64,000 nt of DNA from the human T2T-CHM13v2.0 reference genome, Homo sapiens. The stretch lies in NCBI RefSeq assembly GCF_009914755.1, contig NC_060925.1; one strand, 5' to 3'. Made by a program: the position numbers and the translations under genes. The number at the start of each line of letters is the position of its first letter. Position 1 is the first letter of the stretch. Under the pieces are notes generated by a model. It was not told the DNA's origin and did not search any database. It worked only from the letters and a program-made list of their open reading frames with translations. This document shows, piece after piece, positions 26,290-39,883 of this stretch.

Positions 26290-26670
26290 ATTGTCTCCTC
26301 CTCTTGAATTTCAGTTTCCTAAGAGCAGCCATCTGCACTGCCTTATTCATTGATGCATCATTAGGACCTAGAAAAGTGCCAGTAATATAGAAGATGTTTA
26401 AGAAATTTTTGTCAAACACATTCATTATGTATATACAAATGAATGAATGCGTATTTTAAGACTATAACTGGCTTGGGTTCCAGTCCCAGCTCAGCTACCT
26501 CTTAACTCTGCATTATGTTACCTTGAGTCAAATACCTAACCTCAGTCTCCTCATTCATAAAATCAGGGAAATAGTAGTACCTTTCTTAAAGAGCAACTGG
26601 GAGAATTCCGTAAGATAATGCGTATTAGCACTCAGCATGGTGCCTGGCTTATAGTAAGGAGTCAATAGAG
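26290..26670 (+). mobile_element. L2 3' end (about 26290-26450) followed by MIR (about 26455-26670)
   Basis: cctagaaaagtgccagtaatatag...gaatgaatg; gggttccagtcccagctc...cctcagtctcctcat...gtgcctggcttatagtaagg. Confidence 0.7.
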
Positions 26671-26794
26671 GGAACTTGATCATGATCCCTTTTGTTGAAG
26701 TTACCTAGGTGCCTCCCTCCTGGATCCTCATATGACAGGACACATACACACACATGCACACACACACCAAACAGGCCAGAGAAGCAGCCTCAAG

Positions 26795-26984
26795 CAGTGG
26801 TTCTTAAAGTGTGGTCCCTGGACCAGCAGCATCAGCATCACCTGGGAACTTGTCAGAAATACAAATAAATTATCAGGCCCACACTAGACCTACTGACTCA
26901 GAAACTCTAGAAGTGGGACCCACCAATCTGTGTTCTAATGAGCCTTCTAGGTAATTCAAATACATGCAAGTTTGAGAATTATGG
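26795..26984 (+). mobile_element. MER5A
   Basis: cagtggttcttaaagtgtggtccctggaccagcagcatcagcatcacctgggaac; imperfect TSD gcctcaag / gcctagag. Confidence 0.92.
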
Positions 26985-27649
26985 GCCTAGAGCAAGGGGC
27001 AGATGAAGAAAACCAGATTCCTGGTCAGAATTCCAGTGGCTCTCTCCAATGCATAGAGAAAAGGCAGAGAAGGATCTGGATAGCTCCAGGTTCAAGGTCA
27101 GTGAACCTCACCATTTTGCAGCCATCAGCCTGGCCTTGCTTCTCTGTTGCTGGCAGAAGAGTTTGGCCTCCATGCATCACAAAGAAAGTGCCTTTGGCTA
27201 TGGGATGAAGAGCATGTGCCGAGCCACTGTCACTGGGGCCAGTTCTCCACTCGGTGTCCTGTGCACCTGCTCTGCCAGGGGCCAACCAAGCAGAGATGCA
27301 ACAGGAAGCTAGACTGAAAGCAAGAGGAAAAATACCATGTCGACCTAAGCATCCGTACGTGTTGGGGATCCAAGGCAGGAGTGAGGGACTTCTGCTTGAA
27401 GAGTGGTGAGACAGCCCCCATGGTCCACCAGAAGAGTTAGAAGAGTCAGAAGAGCAGCAGCCAAAGGCAATTGCCTGCTTAGTGCACAGCCCTCAGCTGC
27501 TACCAGAATCCCCAGAATGTCCATAGGAGAGAAATTTGGAGCTATAGCTGGAAGCAAGTGACGTCTGAGGGAGGTCTGTGACCGATGGGTTAGGCCCCCA
27601 GTCACCAACACTCTTTTGCTCCTCATGGAGTGCTGGGGAGTGGGGAAGC

Positions 27650-27810
27650 TGCCTGTTAGAATCACCTGGGGAGCTTTAAAATTGACCACTGCCCAGGCCC
27701 TGACCCAGTAGATTCTGAATCAGTTTGTCTGGAGTAGGACCCAGACATGAGTACCTATTTGTAATTCTTCCCAGGTGATTCTAACACCCAGCCAGACTCA
27801 TGAACTGCTC
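27650..27810. mobile_element. MER5B-like MITE
   Basis: gttagaatcacctggggagctttaaaa ... ccaggtgattctaac (internal inverted symmetry). Confidence 0.8.
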
Positions 27811-28912
27811 TTCTAACCATCCTCCCTCCACTCAGGAGAGCAAATGTACCATCTCATCTATGTTTCTCTGCTGTGTCTTTGAACATTTGTCCATGTTTCT
27901 GTTTTTCCTCTAAGTGGGAATATTTGGTGTTGGAACCGGGGAATCGCAAGTTTGACACCAACTGAGAAATAAGGCCTCAGAGATAGAGGTGAAGATCAGA
28001 ATGTCAGCTCTATTACTGGGTACAGTCAAGTAAAGAATGTGGCTTTGGATATGTAGCCAAAGGGTCTGCAAATTCTTCCCCAATGAATTAGATAGACGTG
28101 TCCATCGGCACTGGTCACACCAGGCAACTCCCCAGAGGGGCCAAGCCGACCCTGAGAGGCCACCCAGTACCAGAGGACTGATGAGAATGTTGTTTCCCCT
28201 CTGCAGGCAGGCAGGGTAAAAGACAGAGAAGCCCTAGGGGAGACTAGACTGAGCATGCTCTGTTCCTCCCCCAAACTCACCAACTCTCCTCTGGGGAGAA
28301 ATGGGTGAGGGGATGGACAAGGGCAAGAAGTGTTCCTTCAATACTTTTCCCTCCTGCATGGTGCAATGGAAAAGACTTCCCCTCCCTGGAAACATGAGTT
28401 GTGGGATTTTAATGTTCCTCCCTACCACCTGGGCATTTATCTGAGCATTTGTGTCTTTCACACTGAATGTCTGAGTGTGTCATTCTGTAGGTGTGTCTAT
28501 GAGTGTGGCCATGTGTCTGGGAGTATATGGGTATTAATGCAGGTGCCTGGGTGTCTCCGTGTATCCGTTGATTCTTTGAGTGTCTGTGTGGTGAAGCTTG
28601 AATCTGCTCCCATTGTGCGTCTCACCACCGCAGATATCAGGGGCTGTGCCACCTGCCTCTCTGCACGCTCCCTGTGTCTGTTGCCCATACACCCTGAGGA
28701 ATCTTGTAGATGTTCCCAGCAGTTACTGTGCTAAGAGGACATGTTGTTTCTGATGGTGCTGACTGCCCTCCGATCAGCTAAGTTGATTCATCATTGCTGT
28801 CTATAGCATGATAGGATAGCAACGAAAACGGCCTTTGCTCAGATGAGACTCCTCTGAATGGGGCTTATCTCAGGCTCCTAGTTCATGAGCTCCCAGAGGG
28901 AATGAGAGAAAG

Positions 28913-29275
28913 AGTCTCAGTCTGTTTTGTGTTGCTATAACACAATATCAGAGGTGTCGTAACTTATAAGGTATTTGTTTATCACAGTTCTGGAGGCTGC
29001 GAAGTCCAACATAGTCTAATATGAAGGTGCCACCAATCATGGGATGATTCCTACATCATCCCATGGCTCACGGTGGAAGGGCAAGACAGCATTGTGAGAG
29101 AGCAAGAGAATGAACTCACATGCTCAAGACCTTTTATAATTGGCATTAATCCATTCATGAGGACAGAGACCTCATGCCCTAAACACCTCCCATTAGGCCC
29201 TACTTCCCAACACTGTTGCATTGGGGATTAAGTTTCCAACACATGCTTTTTGGGGAACACATTGAAACTATAGCA
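28913..29275 (-). mobile_element. MST (MSTC/D-like) solo LTR
   Basis: tgttgctataaca, cagttctggaggctgcgaagtccaa, gcattaatccattcatga, ttggggattaagtttccaacaca, ends tagca. Confidence 0.88.
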
Positions 29276-29594
29276 GAGGGCGAGGAGAGACCAGAGCTCC
29301 ATTTCTCAGTACACAGCATCTTACAAACTCTAGGAGCAGACTCAGCCATGCGTTGGTTCTCCCATGTGCTGGAAGACCTAGCCCCTAGCGAAGTTTGGGT
29401 GCAGGAGCTAGTCCTCCTACCCATGTAGACTCCCTGAAGAGCTGGCCATGGCTCTCCCCAGCCCTAGGCCTGGCCCTCTACAGCCTTAAGGGGTCATTCA
29501 CCTATCTAAGGCAGCCCATGGAAATCTGCCCTCTGTTTTTCTACAAATCCTGCTTAGGCACCTCAAGGAGCTGAGTCTTCCAAATAGTGATGCT

Positions 29595-29730
29595 TTGAGA
29601 GCACTGACTTTGAAGTCAGATAGAACAAAGGCAGAGCCCCTACTCTACTGCATATTAACTGTCGAACTCTGGGAAGTCACTCTGAGCCTCATTTGTCTCA
29701 TCTGTGAAACTGAGATATTAATAATAAAGA
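29595..29730 (+). mobile_element. MIR fragment
   Basis: gactttgaagtcaga...ctctgagcctca...catctgtgaaa. Confidence 0.7.
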
Positions 29731-29789
29731 CAGTCAATATCTATTGAAGGTTTACTATCCACTGGGTATCTTAAGAATTGTTAATGTAT

Positions 29790-30339
29790 TGTCTTCGTTA
29801 TCTATCGCTGTCTAACAAATTACCCTAAAACTCAGTGGCTTAACACCACAAGAATTTATTCAATATTATCTCAAAGCGTCTGTGGGTCAGGAATATGGGC
29901 TTGGCTTAGCTGGGCCCCCTGTTTCAGAGTCTCACACAGACCACAGTTAAGGTGTCAGGTGGGGGCAGCAGTCATTTCAAGGCTCTACTGGGGAAAGATC
30001 TGCTTCTAAGCTCACGTGTGTGGTTTTTGGCAGGATTCAGTTCCTCATGGGCTATTGGATGAAGGCCTTATTCCTAGCTGGCTATTGACCAGAGGAGGCC
30101 ATCCACAGTTTCTTGTAGTGTGGGTTTCTCCACTGGGCAGCTCGTAACACGCTGTTGGTTTCCACTGGAGTAAGAAAGAGAGTAAGAGAAAGTAAGCAAG
30201 AGGGAGTTCACAGTCTCTTGTAACCTGATCTTGGAAGAGACAGCCTATCAACTTTGCCATATTCTCTTCCTTACAAGCAAGGGCATGGATACCTGGAGAC
30301 AGGGATCACTGGGAGCCATCCCCACAGCTGCCCATCACA
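29790..30339 (-). mobile_element. MLT1F solo LTR inserted in a reverse MIR (about 29735-29789 and 30340-30500)
   Basis: ctgtgggtcaggaat, gcttagctggg, gatctgcttctaagctcac, ggcaggattcagttcctc; 5-bp TSD tgtat / tctat. Confidence 0.9.
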
Positions 30340-31909
30340 TCTATTAAATCATTTTATCCTCCCAGCACCACTATGTGGTAGTTACTCTTAATATCCTCCT
30401 CTACCAACATTCTACAGATGAGTAAACTGAGGCACAGAGACTTGCCCAAGGTCACACAACTGTATGTGAACAAGCCTGAGAGATGTGCTCTTAACCACTA
30501 ACTTCCAGAGCCTAGAGATGGGGTCGTTGGGAGGATCAGGTGTGACACTGTAAATAATGACACCACAGGCCTCCTTGAATACAAGCTCGCTTTCCCCAGC
30601 ATCCCCCTCCAGCACCCTCTCACTCAGTGTGTTGCCCTTGAGGAAAGAGTGTAAGCCATCCACCGGGTTTGCAGCTTTTCATAAGCTCTGAAAAGTGACT
30701 CTCAGCCCAACCACACCCTCTCTCATCTCTGATTGGTCACCATGCTTTATTTCTAACTTCTGCAGAATTGACTGCAGAACAAATTGGCCTCTGAGAGGAG
30801 AGAGAAAAGTGTGGGAGAGAATCTGGTTCTACACAATGAGTTCAAGTGTTCTGACCTGTGGGGACTCCATCCCAGGAGATGGCAAGAACACACAGGTGAA
30901 CTCACGACACTCAGGTGGCTTGGTTCAGTCGGAAATGAGTGAAGACGGGTTGGGATTGGGGGATGAAGTGGAGTGGAGTTAGGTGTTCTGCATCTGGACT
31001 TGCAGACAAGAACAAGTTGCTCCAGGGCACACTAGGAGTGGCCTGATGGCCCATTTCTAGCAAGTGCATAAAGAAGCCCACACCCGCTGACTCAGTGATG
31101 GCAGCCGTCTAAATAGCATCAGTCCCATTTTCTAGATCACCGGGGTCATCCTTCCTCCCCACCTCATGCTGGTCCCTGCAACAGACAGCTTCCATCCCGG
31201 ATTAGATGGGGAGGACAGAGTTCCATCTTTCCTTTCACACTTAGCTCTTCTCTCCTTCATTTGTGTGTAGGAGAAATTGGCATAATTGTTGAGGTGGCAA
31301 GAGGCTGACACCCACTGGTCTATGTTTCTCATGTGTAAACATCCCTCTCAGGTGTGGCCTCTCTCCTGGCCACAATTTTTCATGCATCTGGTTAAAAGTC
31401 CACCATGAAGACCCACAACTACCCTCAGGTGGACTACAGGATCCAGATGAAAAGTATCAAGGAAACCCCTTCAGCTTCAGGTCCAAGCTGTTCTCAAATT
31501 CATTTTTACTTATAAAGTCCATATTTTCATCCCCATCAAATTCCCATGTATAATTTTTAGTTGGTTCAGAACTTTGAGGAGAGGGAAGTGTGATTATTTG
31601 TGACTCTTACAAACTCCAAAACTGGGAGGCAATCAAGGGCTGGCTAGGGGCACCCTCCTTGCAGAACTAGGATGCATGACTCCCTGGGCTGCCTATGCAC
31701 TTCACATGTTACTACTTTTCTTCCTTCAGTGCTACCGTGGGTGGTGAACAGAAGGCATCACAGAAGTCACAGAGGTGTTTGAGGAAACTTTTATTTTTTA
31801 AGGCTCAGCTCCAATGTTATCACCTCTGACAGACACAGAGACACAATTCCTAAGAGCACAGAGATACCCCACCAAGTGTCTAAATCAGGCTCATGACTAC
31901 AAATGCTCT

Positions 31910-32292
31910 ATGGTACATCATGGTGCTCATTACAGATTGACTCCCTCCCCTTCAAAATGCATTTCTCCACTCCACAGATCTTGGGCTTGGTAATGAAATT
32001 GACTTTGGCCAACAGGACATGGGTGGCAGTAACAGTGTATGAGTCAAAGCCCAAGTCTTAAGAGGCATCTGTCCTGAAGATCAGGCCCATGGTGGCCTCC
32101 TGACACCTGAAGAATGAGAGACATGTGAGGCCAACCTAGACTAAATCTAACCTAGAGAAAAACCCAGCTTAGATCAGCCACCCCCCACCTGGCCTCTAGA
32201 CATGAAAACAAAAAATAAATGTTCATTGTTATTGGCCATTGAGTTTTTGGTTTTGTTATGCAGCATGATTGTGATTATAGCTTATGGATACA
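31910..32292 (+). mobile_element. MLT1I-like solo LTR
   Basis: ctttggccaacaggacatgggtgg, cagcttagatcagcc, aataaatgttcattgtt, ends gataca. Confidence 0.7.
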
Positions 32293-32979
32293 CTTGCTAA
32301 GATGATCAGAGAAGAGAAAAACTGATGATGCCTAGGTTGTCAAGGAAGACTTCAGAGAGAAATGACTGCAGTGAGCCCAAAAGGGTGGGTTGGACTCAGA
32401 GTTAGGGGTCTTAGAAGTGGACCTCTATGGGTCACACTGTGGATGTGTCAGTGGGACAGGCACAAACATGCATGCACTAAAGCGAACCACATACATTTTC
32501 ACATGCCACTGTTGAGGACAGAGTGTGATCCAGAAGAAATCCCCTTCTACACATTCTAAATGTTGACTTCTCTTTAAGCCAAGACCAATTTTCTTCTATT
32601 TTTCCCCAATGAATTAATCTTCTGTATTATTATGATGTTAGGTTTATCTTGAGTGAAACGTGGATGTGAATTTTATCTATGGCTTAAGACGTAATTGCAG
32701 GATGGAAAATTCAACACCCAAGGAAAACGTTGCTATCAGCATCGCCTTGCTGGGAGGTGAAGTGGTACCTACATGCAGGACACATGACACTTCCTCCAGC
32801 ATCTTCTCCTCCTGTGAGTTTATCACCTCAGCCATTCAGATGAGTTATTTGCCCGGTTTAGGAAATCATCACAAATAGGCTAAGTGGGGCTTTTCTGTCA
32901 CTAAGCTTTTACAGCACACTCACTCAGCCACGGGGCGAGAAGGAACACAGAGGATGTATTCCAGGCCAAACTTCCACAG

Positions 32980-33620
32980 AAGATTCCCCATGTGTTCAGT
33001 ACAATATTACTGCCTCAGAGTGTTAAAAAGTGTCACTTAAAAAACAAACAAACAAACAAAAAAACCTGCTCACTAGTCAAATAAACATGGGCAACACTGG
33101 ATTCAAGAAAGTCAAACAAGCATTCTTTTCCGGGGACTTCTTGGAATAGTTAACAAGCTAGGGTGCATTGTGAATCTTCAAAAGAGACTATTGGATGCAG
33201 CTTTCCAAACTATTTACTTAGGCCGGGCGCCGTGGCACACACCTGTAATCCCAGCACTTTGGGAGGCCAAGGCGGGTGGATCACCTGAGGTCAGGAGTTC
33301 GAGACCAGCCTGATCAACATGCAGAAACCCTATCTCTACTAAAAATACAAAATTAGCCAGGCGTGGTGGCGCATGTCTACAATCCCAGCCCCTACTCTGG
33401 AGGCTGGGGCAGGAGAATCGCTTGAATCCAGGAGGCGGAGGTTGTGGAGAGCCAAGATTGTGCCATTGCACTCCAGCCTGGGCAACAACAGCAAAACTCT
33501 GTCTCAACAACAACAACAACAACAAAAATTCAGAATTCCGCGCCCCCCCCCCACCCCCATAATATGTTTTGGGGGGATATAAAGGCTCTACAGCTCACTA
33601 GCACACATTTTTGTGTTGAA
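32980..33620. mobile_element. hAT-Charlie type MITE interrupted by AluSp
   Basis: gtcaaataaacatgggcaacactg ... gtgcattgtgaatcttcaa ... atgcagctttccaaactattt. Confidence 0.5.
33221..33528 (+). mobile_element. AluSp-like with (CAA)n tail
   Basis: cctgatcaacatgcagaaaccc, aaaatacaaaattagcc, ccattgcactcc. Confidence 0.93.
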
Positions 33621-33884
33621 AGTTATTCAGTAATTTCCCTGGATTCCATGGGAACCTGCTTTCACTGTTGGAGAGTTGTCACAGTGAGTTCATGTCCACC
33701 TGCTCACGGCTCCTCCCTTGCCCAGAGCTCTGCTACAAGACTGTTCTTTCTACCCATGACTGACTTTCAGGCACTCAAACGCAGGGGCTCTGCCCTCTCA
33801 AGTCAGGCTTCTGCTATTTTAATTCCTAGTCTACAATTTAAGTACTGTCATTAGTGGAGTAAATGAGGGAAATGGAAAAGAAAT

Positions 33885-34055
33885 GCGTTCATTTGACTCC
33901 AACACATATTGAGTTGTTTGATCTTTAGCAAGTTGCTTAACTTGTCTAAGCCTTAGTTTCTGTAAAGTGGGGACAAGAGGTAATGCATGGTATGGGCCTA
34001 GCTTAGAGGCTGGCACATGGAGGCTCTCATGAAATAGTAACTACTGTGGTTATCA
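33885..34055 (+). mobile_element. MIR
   Basis: gcaagttgcttaacttgtctaagccttagtttctgtaaagtgggga. Confidence 0.7.
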
Positions 34056-34159
34056 CTCTGGAATCTCTGCCTTCCAGTCCCAGTCCTTAACCCTCAATTT
34101 AGCCCACAGAGGTTTCCAAGAAGTATCCCCTCTTCTCAGGGCTGCAGATCCTTGCAAAA

Positions 34160-34290
34160 TTCAATACACATCAACATTTACTAACACTGACTAGATGTCA
34201 GGCTCCATCCAAGACACTGGGAGCACAGCAACAAATAAGATAGGATAATTATACTCAAAGTCCTCACAGCCAGGTAGGGGACACAGCAAG
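34160..34290 (-). mobile_element. L2 3' fragment
   Basis: caacatttactaacactgactagatgtcaggc...acaaataagatag. Confidence 0.65.
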
Positions 34291-35029
34291 GAACCTTCAG
34301 CTCAAAGTTCTTGGGGAAACTAGTGTCTCAGGTTAAGAGAAGCAGAGGGTCTGTCTGAGCTTGCCTGAACCATTGAAGAACACAGACACTTGTGCAGACA
34401 GGGCTTCAGCCACCAGAAGATGCTTTTGGTATCCCTCTGCAGCCATGTTTTGTCTGGAAGTAATGTACCTCAAACACCCACCGCCATTCCCAGCATACTG
34501 TGTACTGTGTCCCTGGAGGCTGGGTACAGAATCAGAAATCTGCACTTCAACCACTTCGAGAAGGGACATAGAAGCCAAGGCCTGGGTATAGAGATCCTCT
34601 CATTTCTTCCTCCAGCCATTGTCCCTGGATGAAAAAGAATAAAATTTTGAAAGCACAATGTCTCGTTCAAGAGCAAGAGGACATCTTCCTGCTGGATGGA
34701 AACGTTGCCCCTTACATATAAATGAACAACATTTGTTTTACCCAGATTGTACTTACTTGACTCTGAAGGTCTGCCTCCCTAAACCATAATCACCATATTT
34801 TTTTAAAGTCCTGTTTCTTCCTTGACCTGGCCCCAAAGATGGAGGTCAACGTGGCCTTCTCCATTCGGCAGGTTATTTTTCAGAGGACATTGAGAGTCTG
34901 CTCCCAGTCGCTCATCTTCCCCAGGGAATTCAAGTCACACAACAGAAACAGAGTTCAGTGTTCGATATCGGAAAAAGCCTTGCCAATGTCAAGGGTGTGA
35001 AAAACATTGATGTGCACCCAGCTGAGGTC

Positions 35030-35470
35030 ATTTATTTATTCAATAAATGTTTGTGGAGTGTCTACTGGGTGCCTGGCACTGGGCTGGGTACTAGAGATAC
35101 AATGACAACAGCAACACAACAATAGCACAACAATAGAAGGCGCCAACTCTGATTGAATGCTCAGCACCTGCCTGGCGCTCATTTAATCCTTCAATATTTA
35201 CAACAACCCTGTGAGATAGACACTATTATTTTGCACTTTTTATGCATGAAGAAACTGAGGCACAGCAAGTGGCCAGCTGTCATCATAATATCTGGTGGCA
35301 AAAAAAAAAAAAAAAAGATTTGCTGCCCCCAACCGTGGAGCCCTCCATCACCTACTGTTAGAAATGGGATCTTGTTGGAGATGCAGATCAACCCCAGACC
35401 TACTGAATCAGAATCACTGCAAGATTCCCAAGTGACTGTGTGGACGTAGTGAAATTTGGAGAAGCACCTT
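35030..35470. mobile_element. L2 (-), MIR (-) and MER5 cluster
   Basis: tttattcaataaatgtttgtggagtgtctact; catttaatcct...gaaactgaggcacag; ccccagacctactgaatcagaatc. Confidence 0.75.
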
Positions 35471-35859
35471 CAAAGGAAGGTTAGGACACATAGACCAGCT
35501 CCCACACAGCTGGTAAGTGGCAGAGCAAGGACTGGGGCCTGGCTGTCTCACTTCACCACGACACTTTGCCATCTCTCCACAGTGACTGAGACAGATGTTG
35601 CCCTCGAGTTGCCCACAGGCCAGTAAGAGAGACAGACAAGTAAATGGGCTGTGACAGGAGAGTGGGGTAAATGCCGCCGAGTGGGTGCTATGGGGGGTTT
35701 GTAGCAGCGTGGCATTTCATAGAGAGTGCTGGAAACGCGTGTCCTATCCAACTTATCCAACAAGACCCCATTTCTAACAGTCAGTGATGGAGGACTCCAG
35801 GGCAGCGGGAGGAAAACCTTTATTGCTACTAGACATTGTGATGAGGACAGCTGGCCACT
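35268..35859. repeat. Inverted duplication, arms 35268-35379 and 35756-35859
   Basis: Manual reverse-complement alignment; 40/44 matches in the best block. Confidence 0.9.
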
Positions 35860-35974
35860 CCCTTTCTGATGCAGAGCCCAGATAACCTCCTAGTTAATGA
35901 TGTCACAGCTGCTGTCACACCTACCGAATCTCCTAGGATACTAAGCATGATGTTAGATTACTAACCTAGCTGAC

Positions 35975-36200
35975 CTCAGACAGGGCTTACTATAAGCCAG
36001 CCACTATTCTAAGTGTTTCACAGACATTTAGCCCTCACAAGGACCCAAGGAGGAAGTTTCGGTAGTCATCAGCTCCATTTTGCAGGTGAAGAAACGGAGG
36101 CCCAGAGGTTGTAACTTAGCGACTTGCCCAAGGACATACCACCACTAGGTGGCAGAATGGGGCTCTGAACTTCTGCCAGTCTTTGAACGTGACTGCCCAG
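35975..36200 (-). mobile_element. MIR
   Basis: ccattttgcaggtgaagaaacggaggcccagagg...gacttgcccaagg. Confidence 0.85.
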
Positions 36201-38204
36201 GGCCCTTCTGCCAACTTGCCTCCTGGCTCTTACTTAACCCTCCACATTCCTAATAAAGGGGCCCAGGGTCAGAGAAGTTAAGTCATCTGTGCAAGGTCAC
36301 GCAGCTAATGAGGGGCAGAGCCAGGATGCAGACAGAGGTGGGCCTGAGCCCAGGCTCCTTCTTTTTAATGGCTCTACTGAAAAGCAAGAATTTGAGTTTC
36401 TGCTCAGATCCCCAAGTGGTTGGTTCTCCAGCTGTAACAAGACTTAGAACCTTTTTGTGGCTACCAAAAAGAAAAGAAAAGCGAATGGAGCCACTGAGGA
36501 CTGGGCCATAATCTAGGCCCCAAGCTCCCAAATGGAAGCGTGCTCTTTTCACCCTGGAGCTCTTCCATTTCTGATGCCTTCGCAGGATTTTGTGGTCTCT
36601 GATCAAAATGTGTCCATTCGCCTTCATCCTTCCTAGGCAGAAGGAACAAGGAATCATTCTAGAAATATCACCCTGCTGCAGACTTTGGAGGAAACTGAGT
36701 CCCCATTAAGGCCATGACTGCCAGAGACTCAGGGGGCTGGGACAGGGTTCGGGGAAAACGGGCTGTGGATGCTAAGGCAGCCCGTCTAGCCCCACCCTGC
36801 TTGCCTAGGGCCCTGCAGAGCTTCCTGACCTGGCAGCCCCACAGGATCTGCTCCCTTCAGCCTGTTAGAATAACAGTCCTCCTCCTCCTCCTTTCAGCCA
36901 ACTCTCTGCCTGAGAGCCAACCACTTCGATTCACCACCGAGTCTCTTGCCGTCAGCACTCCTGTCAGAGCACTGATTGCTAATAAAAGCAGTACAATTGT
37001 TGATTGAGAATAAGAAATAAAAATAAAGCACTCGAGCTGACCAGCCACTGTGCCAGGCCCTGTTTCAAGCTTGTCGGTCTTAAAGCCAGGGAAACAGGAA
37101 AATTGCTGCCAGCTTAGACCAGCTCCCACGCGGCCCAACCCAGCTCCTCGAACCAGCATCCATCACCTTCTTTCAAAGTGTTTCTCCCTCCTGTACCAGC
37201 CCATGTTCTCGCCTGGGGATACCTGAACACACCCCTATCTCAGTGTGTCCTCGGCAGGTTATACCTGTCACCATCACCCACCACCGTGGGGACACATGCT
37301 CATTTATCTATAGTGAGATATTGCAGGGCCAGAGGTGGGGCAGGGGAGTCCAGGACCATAGGTGTGAGAAATATAGAAACACTGGGTGGTAGTGGTTCAG
37401 AGATGGGGGAGGGTAGAAAATACAGCAACAGAGGGCATAGCAGTGTCCAGTCCTGGTTCAAGCCTCGGGGTTGTCCCAGGAACAGTGGGCAAGGTTTGCT
37501 GATATCCAAGCAGGCATCCTCCATCAGCAGGGAGGTCAGTCCATACGCAGCAGGTGCCTGGTACAGTTCAGGGTTAGGGTCTGAGGCAAGGCCCAGCCTG
37601 AGGCCCCTCAGGCTCTGGGGAACTGGAAAAATCCCTGGGAATTTATTTCAAGAGGGCTGAAAGCTAAAGGTCAGTTGTACATTGTGGTGGTGGTGTCAGG
37701 GACCTTGGGGTCTCGAGAGGAAATAAACTGTGACTCTGGTAACATTTCAAGGGCTCTGGGTCAGCTCTGGGTCCCTGAGTCACACTGGAAGGTGATCTGA
37801 GAGTGATAAGAGTGATCATTACTCCCCACCCCTAACCCCTCACACCTGGGAGTGAAGAGGAGCTGAGGCTTCTTAAATAGTTCTTGCATTCAGCTCCGGC
37901 TGGCCTGGGATCTTTGGGAGAGATGGGACTGCACATTTAGGTTGGCTCAGCTGTAAGGAGGGCGAGAGGGCAGAGGCAGAGACATAGAGGGATGAGGGGA
38001 AAGACCTTTCCTATGTCATTCCTTCCTATCCAACTTGTAGGACACATATTATTTCCTCATGGTTTTGTGATCTCCCATTCGGGCAAAAATGATGTCACAA
38101 ATGTTTTCCAGATCTTTCCTTCGGAGTTTTTATTATATACCTGGTGATATATAATATTCAAAGCTATTAAAAATAGGAGCTTTTGAACAAAGTCCTGGGA
38201 TTTT

Positions 38205-38437
38205 TCTCTAACTGGACCAATTTGGGTCACATGGACATCCCTGAGAACTGTGGCTGGAAGAATGTGATGTGCAGGTGCGAGAGATCATGTCATTAGTGTT
38301 CAGCCAATCAGGGCCCACCCCTGAGCTGGAAGTGGTTAAATCCAACCTACATGGACAAATGGGAGATTTGGGATCCCTCTGTAAAGAAGGAAGGGGGAAA
38401 TAGATGCTACGGAGGCAGGCAGCCATGGACTACTAAA
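38205..38437 (-). mobile_element. MLT1K/L-like LTR fragment
   Basis: tttgggtcacatggacatccctg, agccaatcagggcccacccctgagctgga, agaaggaagggggaaatagatgct. Confidence 0.6.
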
Positions 38438-38699
38438 GCTGCCAGAGATTGAGGACCTGCTATGTGTCAAGGACTGTGTGCTTTATACAAACTCTCTCAT
38501 TGAGTTATTAGATTTTAAATGGACTTTAGAGATGTTTTGGCCCAGTGATTCTCACCAAGTTAGTATTCCACTTTGGGGGAGATACCAGAATCGCTGGGGG
38601 GGAAGTGTGAGATTTCCACATCTAACCAAAAGGGCAGTGGGTTTTTGAAGACTGGGAAACACTGCCCAATTACTTCATGAGTAACCTTCCAAAACTCTG

Positions 38700-38950
38700 A
38701 CACAGCAGTCTAGCATAGCGTTAAAGTGTTTAAGTCTCTGAGGTTAGGCAGACTTGAGTTTGAAGAATCCTACTTGTGTTACTTACCAGCTTTCTGCCCT
38801 TGGACTCTAGTTTACCAGCCTCGGGCTTCTCATCTGTAGAATAGAAATGATAGCAGAACTCTCAGAAGCTTTCTGTAACCATTGAATGAGATCAGGAGCA
38901 AAGTGTACTCAGCACATGTCTTGAACAAAGGAGGTTCCCAGCAATTGGTA
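38700..38950 (+). mobile_element. MIR
   Basis: gcagtctagcatagcgttaa...cttctcatctgtagaatag. Confidence 0.75.
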
Positions 38951-39712
38951 GCCTCTGGCACCATGTAAGTGTGGAGAACTGGCATCTCATGTGCCACTGA
39001 GAACATAGCGTGGGAAACGACAACCCAGCCCGGTACCCTCCTTTTGTAGATAAGAAAACTGAAGCCCAAATTGGAGAATATTGTGCCTAGGGCTCCACAA
39101 TGAGAGGGTAGTTGATGCAGAAAAAGAGCTTGTTCCAATTCAAGGGAAGGCATGACTCTTGACCTTTGGTTCAGGGCCTCCTATCAGGCTGCATCTTGTC
39201 CTTCGATCCCACCTGCTCCTGTTCTCCCCACCACAGAATCCAGCACATGTCTGGCACAAACAGAAGTCCACAGCCTGCTTGAGTATCTGCATGGCTGGAG
39301 GCAGGGAAGTGAGCTTGTGTCTTACCAAAGAACTTTCCAGGAAATGGACTTCAAAGAGTTCAGCATCAACATCTGACCACCTTCTGTCCATGTTCCTCAG
39401 CTAGGTTCTGTTCCCAATTATCATTATTGATCTGGGAGGGAGGAAAACTGCTGAAGTATCACTCAGCTTCTTAAAGCAGCTGCTGCTGCAGCAACAGCAG
39501 ATAAGGACTGGTTCTCTCTGTGCTGGCTAACTGGCTTCAATTGGGTGATCTCGTTACTAGGATATGGGGCTCCCTTAATGAACATCCCTCTGTGGGTATC
39601 TTTCTGATGGTGCTATCAGACACATGGCAAGTACACCTTTGAAGGCCCCTGCATCTGCCATTGCCTCTCCACACAAATACACATACGCAACACAAAGCAC
39701 ACAGACACACAA

Positions 39713-39714
<2 letters not shown>

Positions 39715-39754
<40 letters not shown>
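39715..39754 (+). repeat. (AC)20 microsatellite
   Basis: Seen directly. Confidence 0.95.
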
Positions 39755-39757
<3 letters not shown>

Positions 39758-39883
39758 CCCCAAAGCTTCCTTGCATGTTTCCTTTCAAGGAGATTTACAT
39801 AGCCTAATAGGTATACAATGACTCCCTGCTGTACCCCCACCAGGTCTAGATGGTGCTCAGTTAACACAAGTCCCTGCCAAGCT

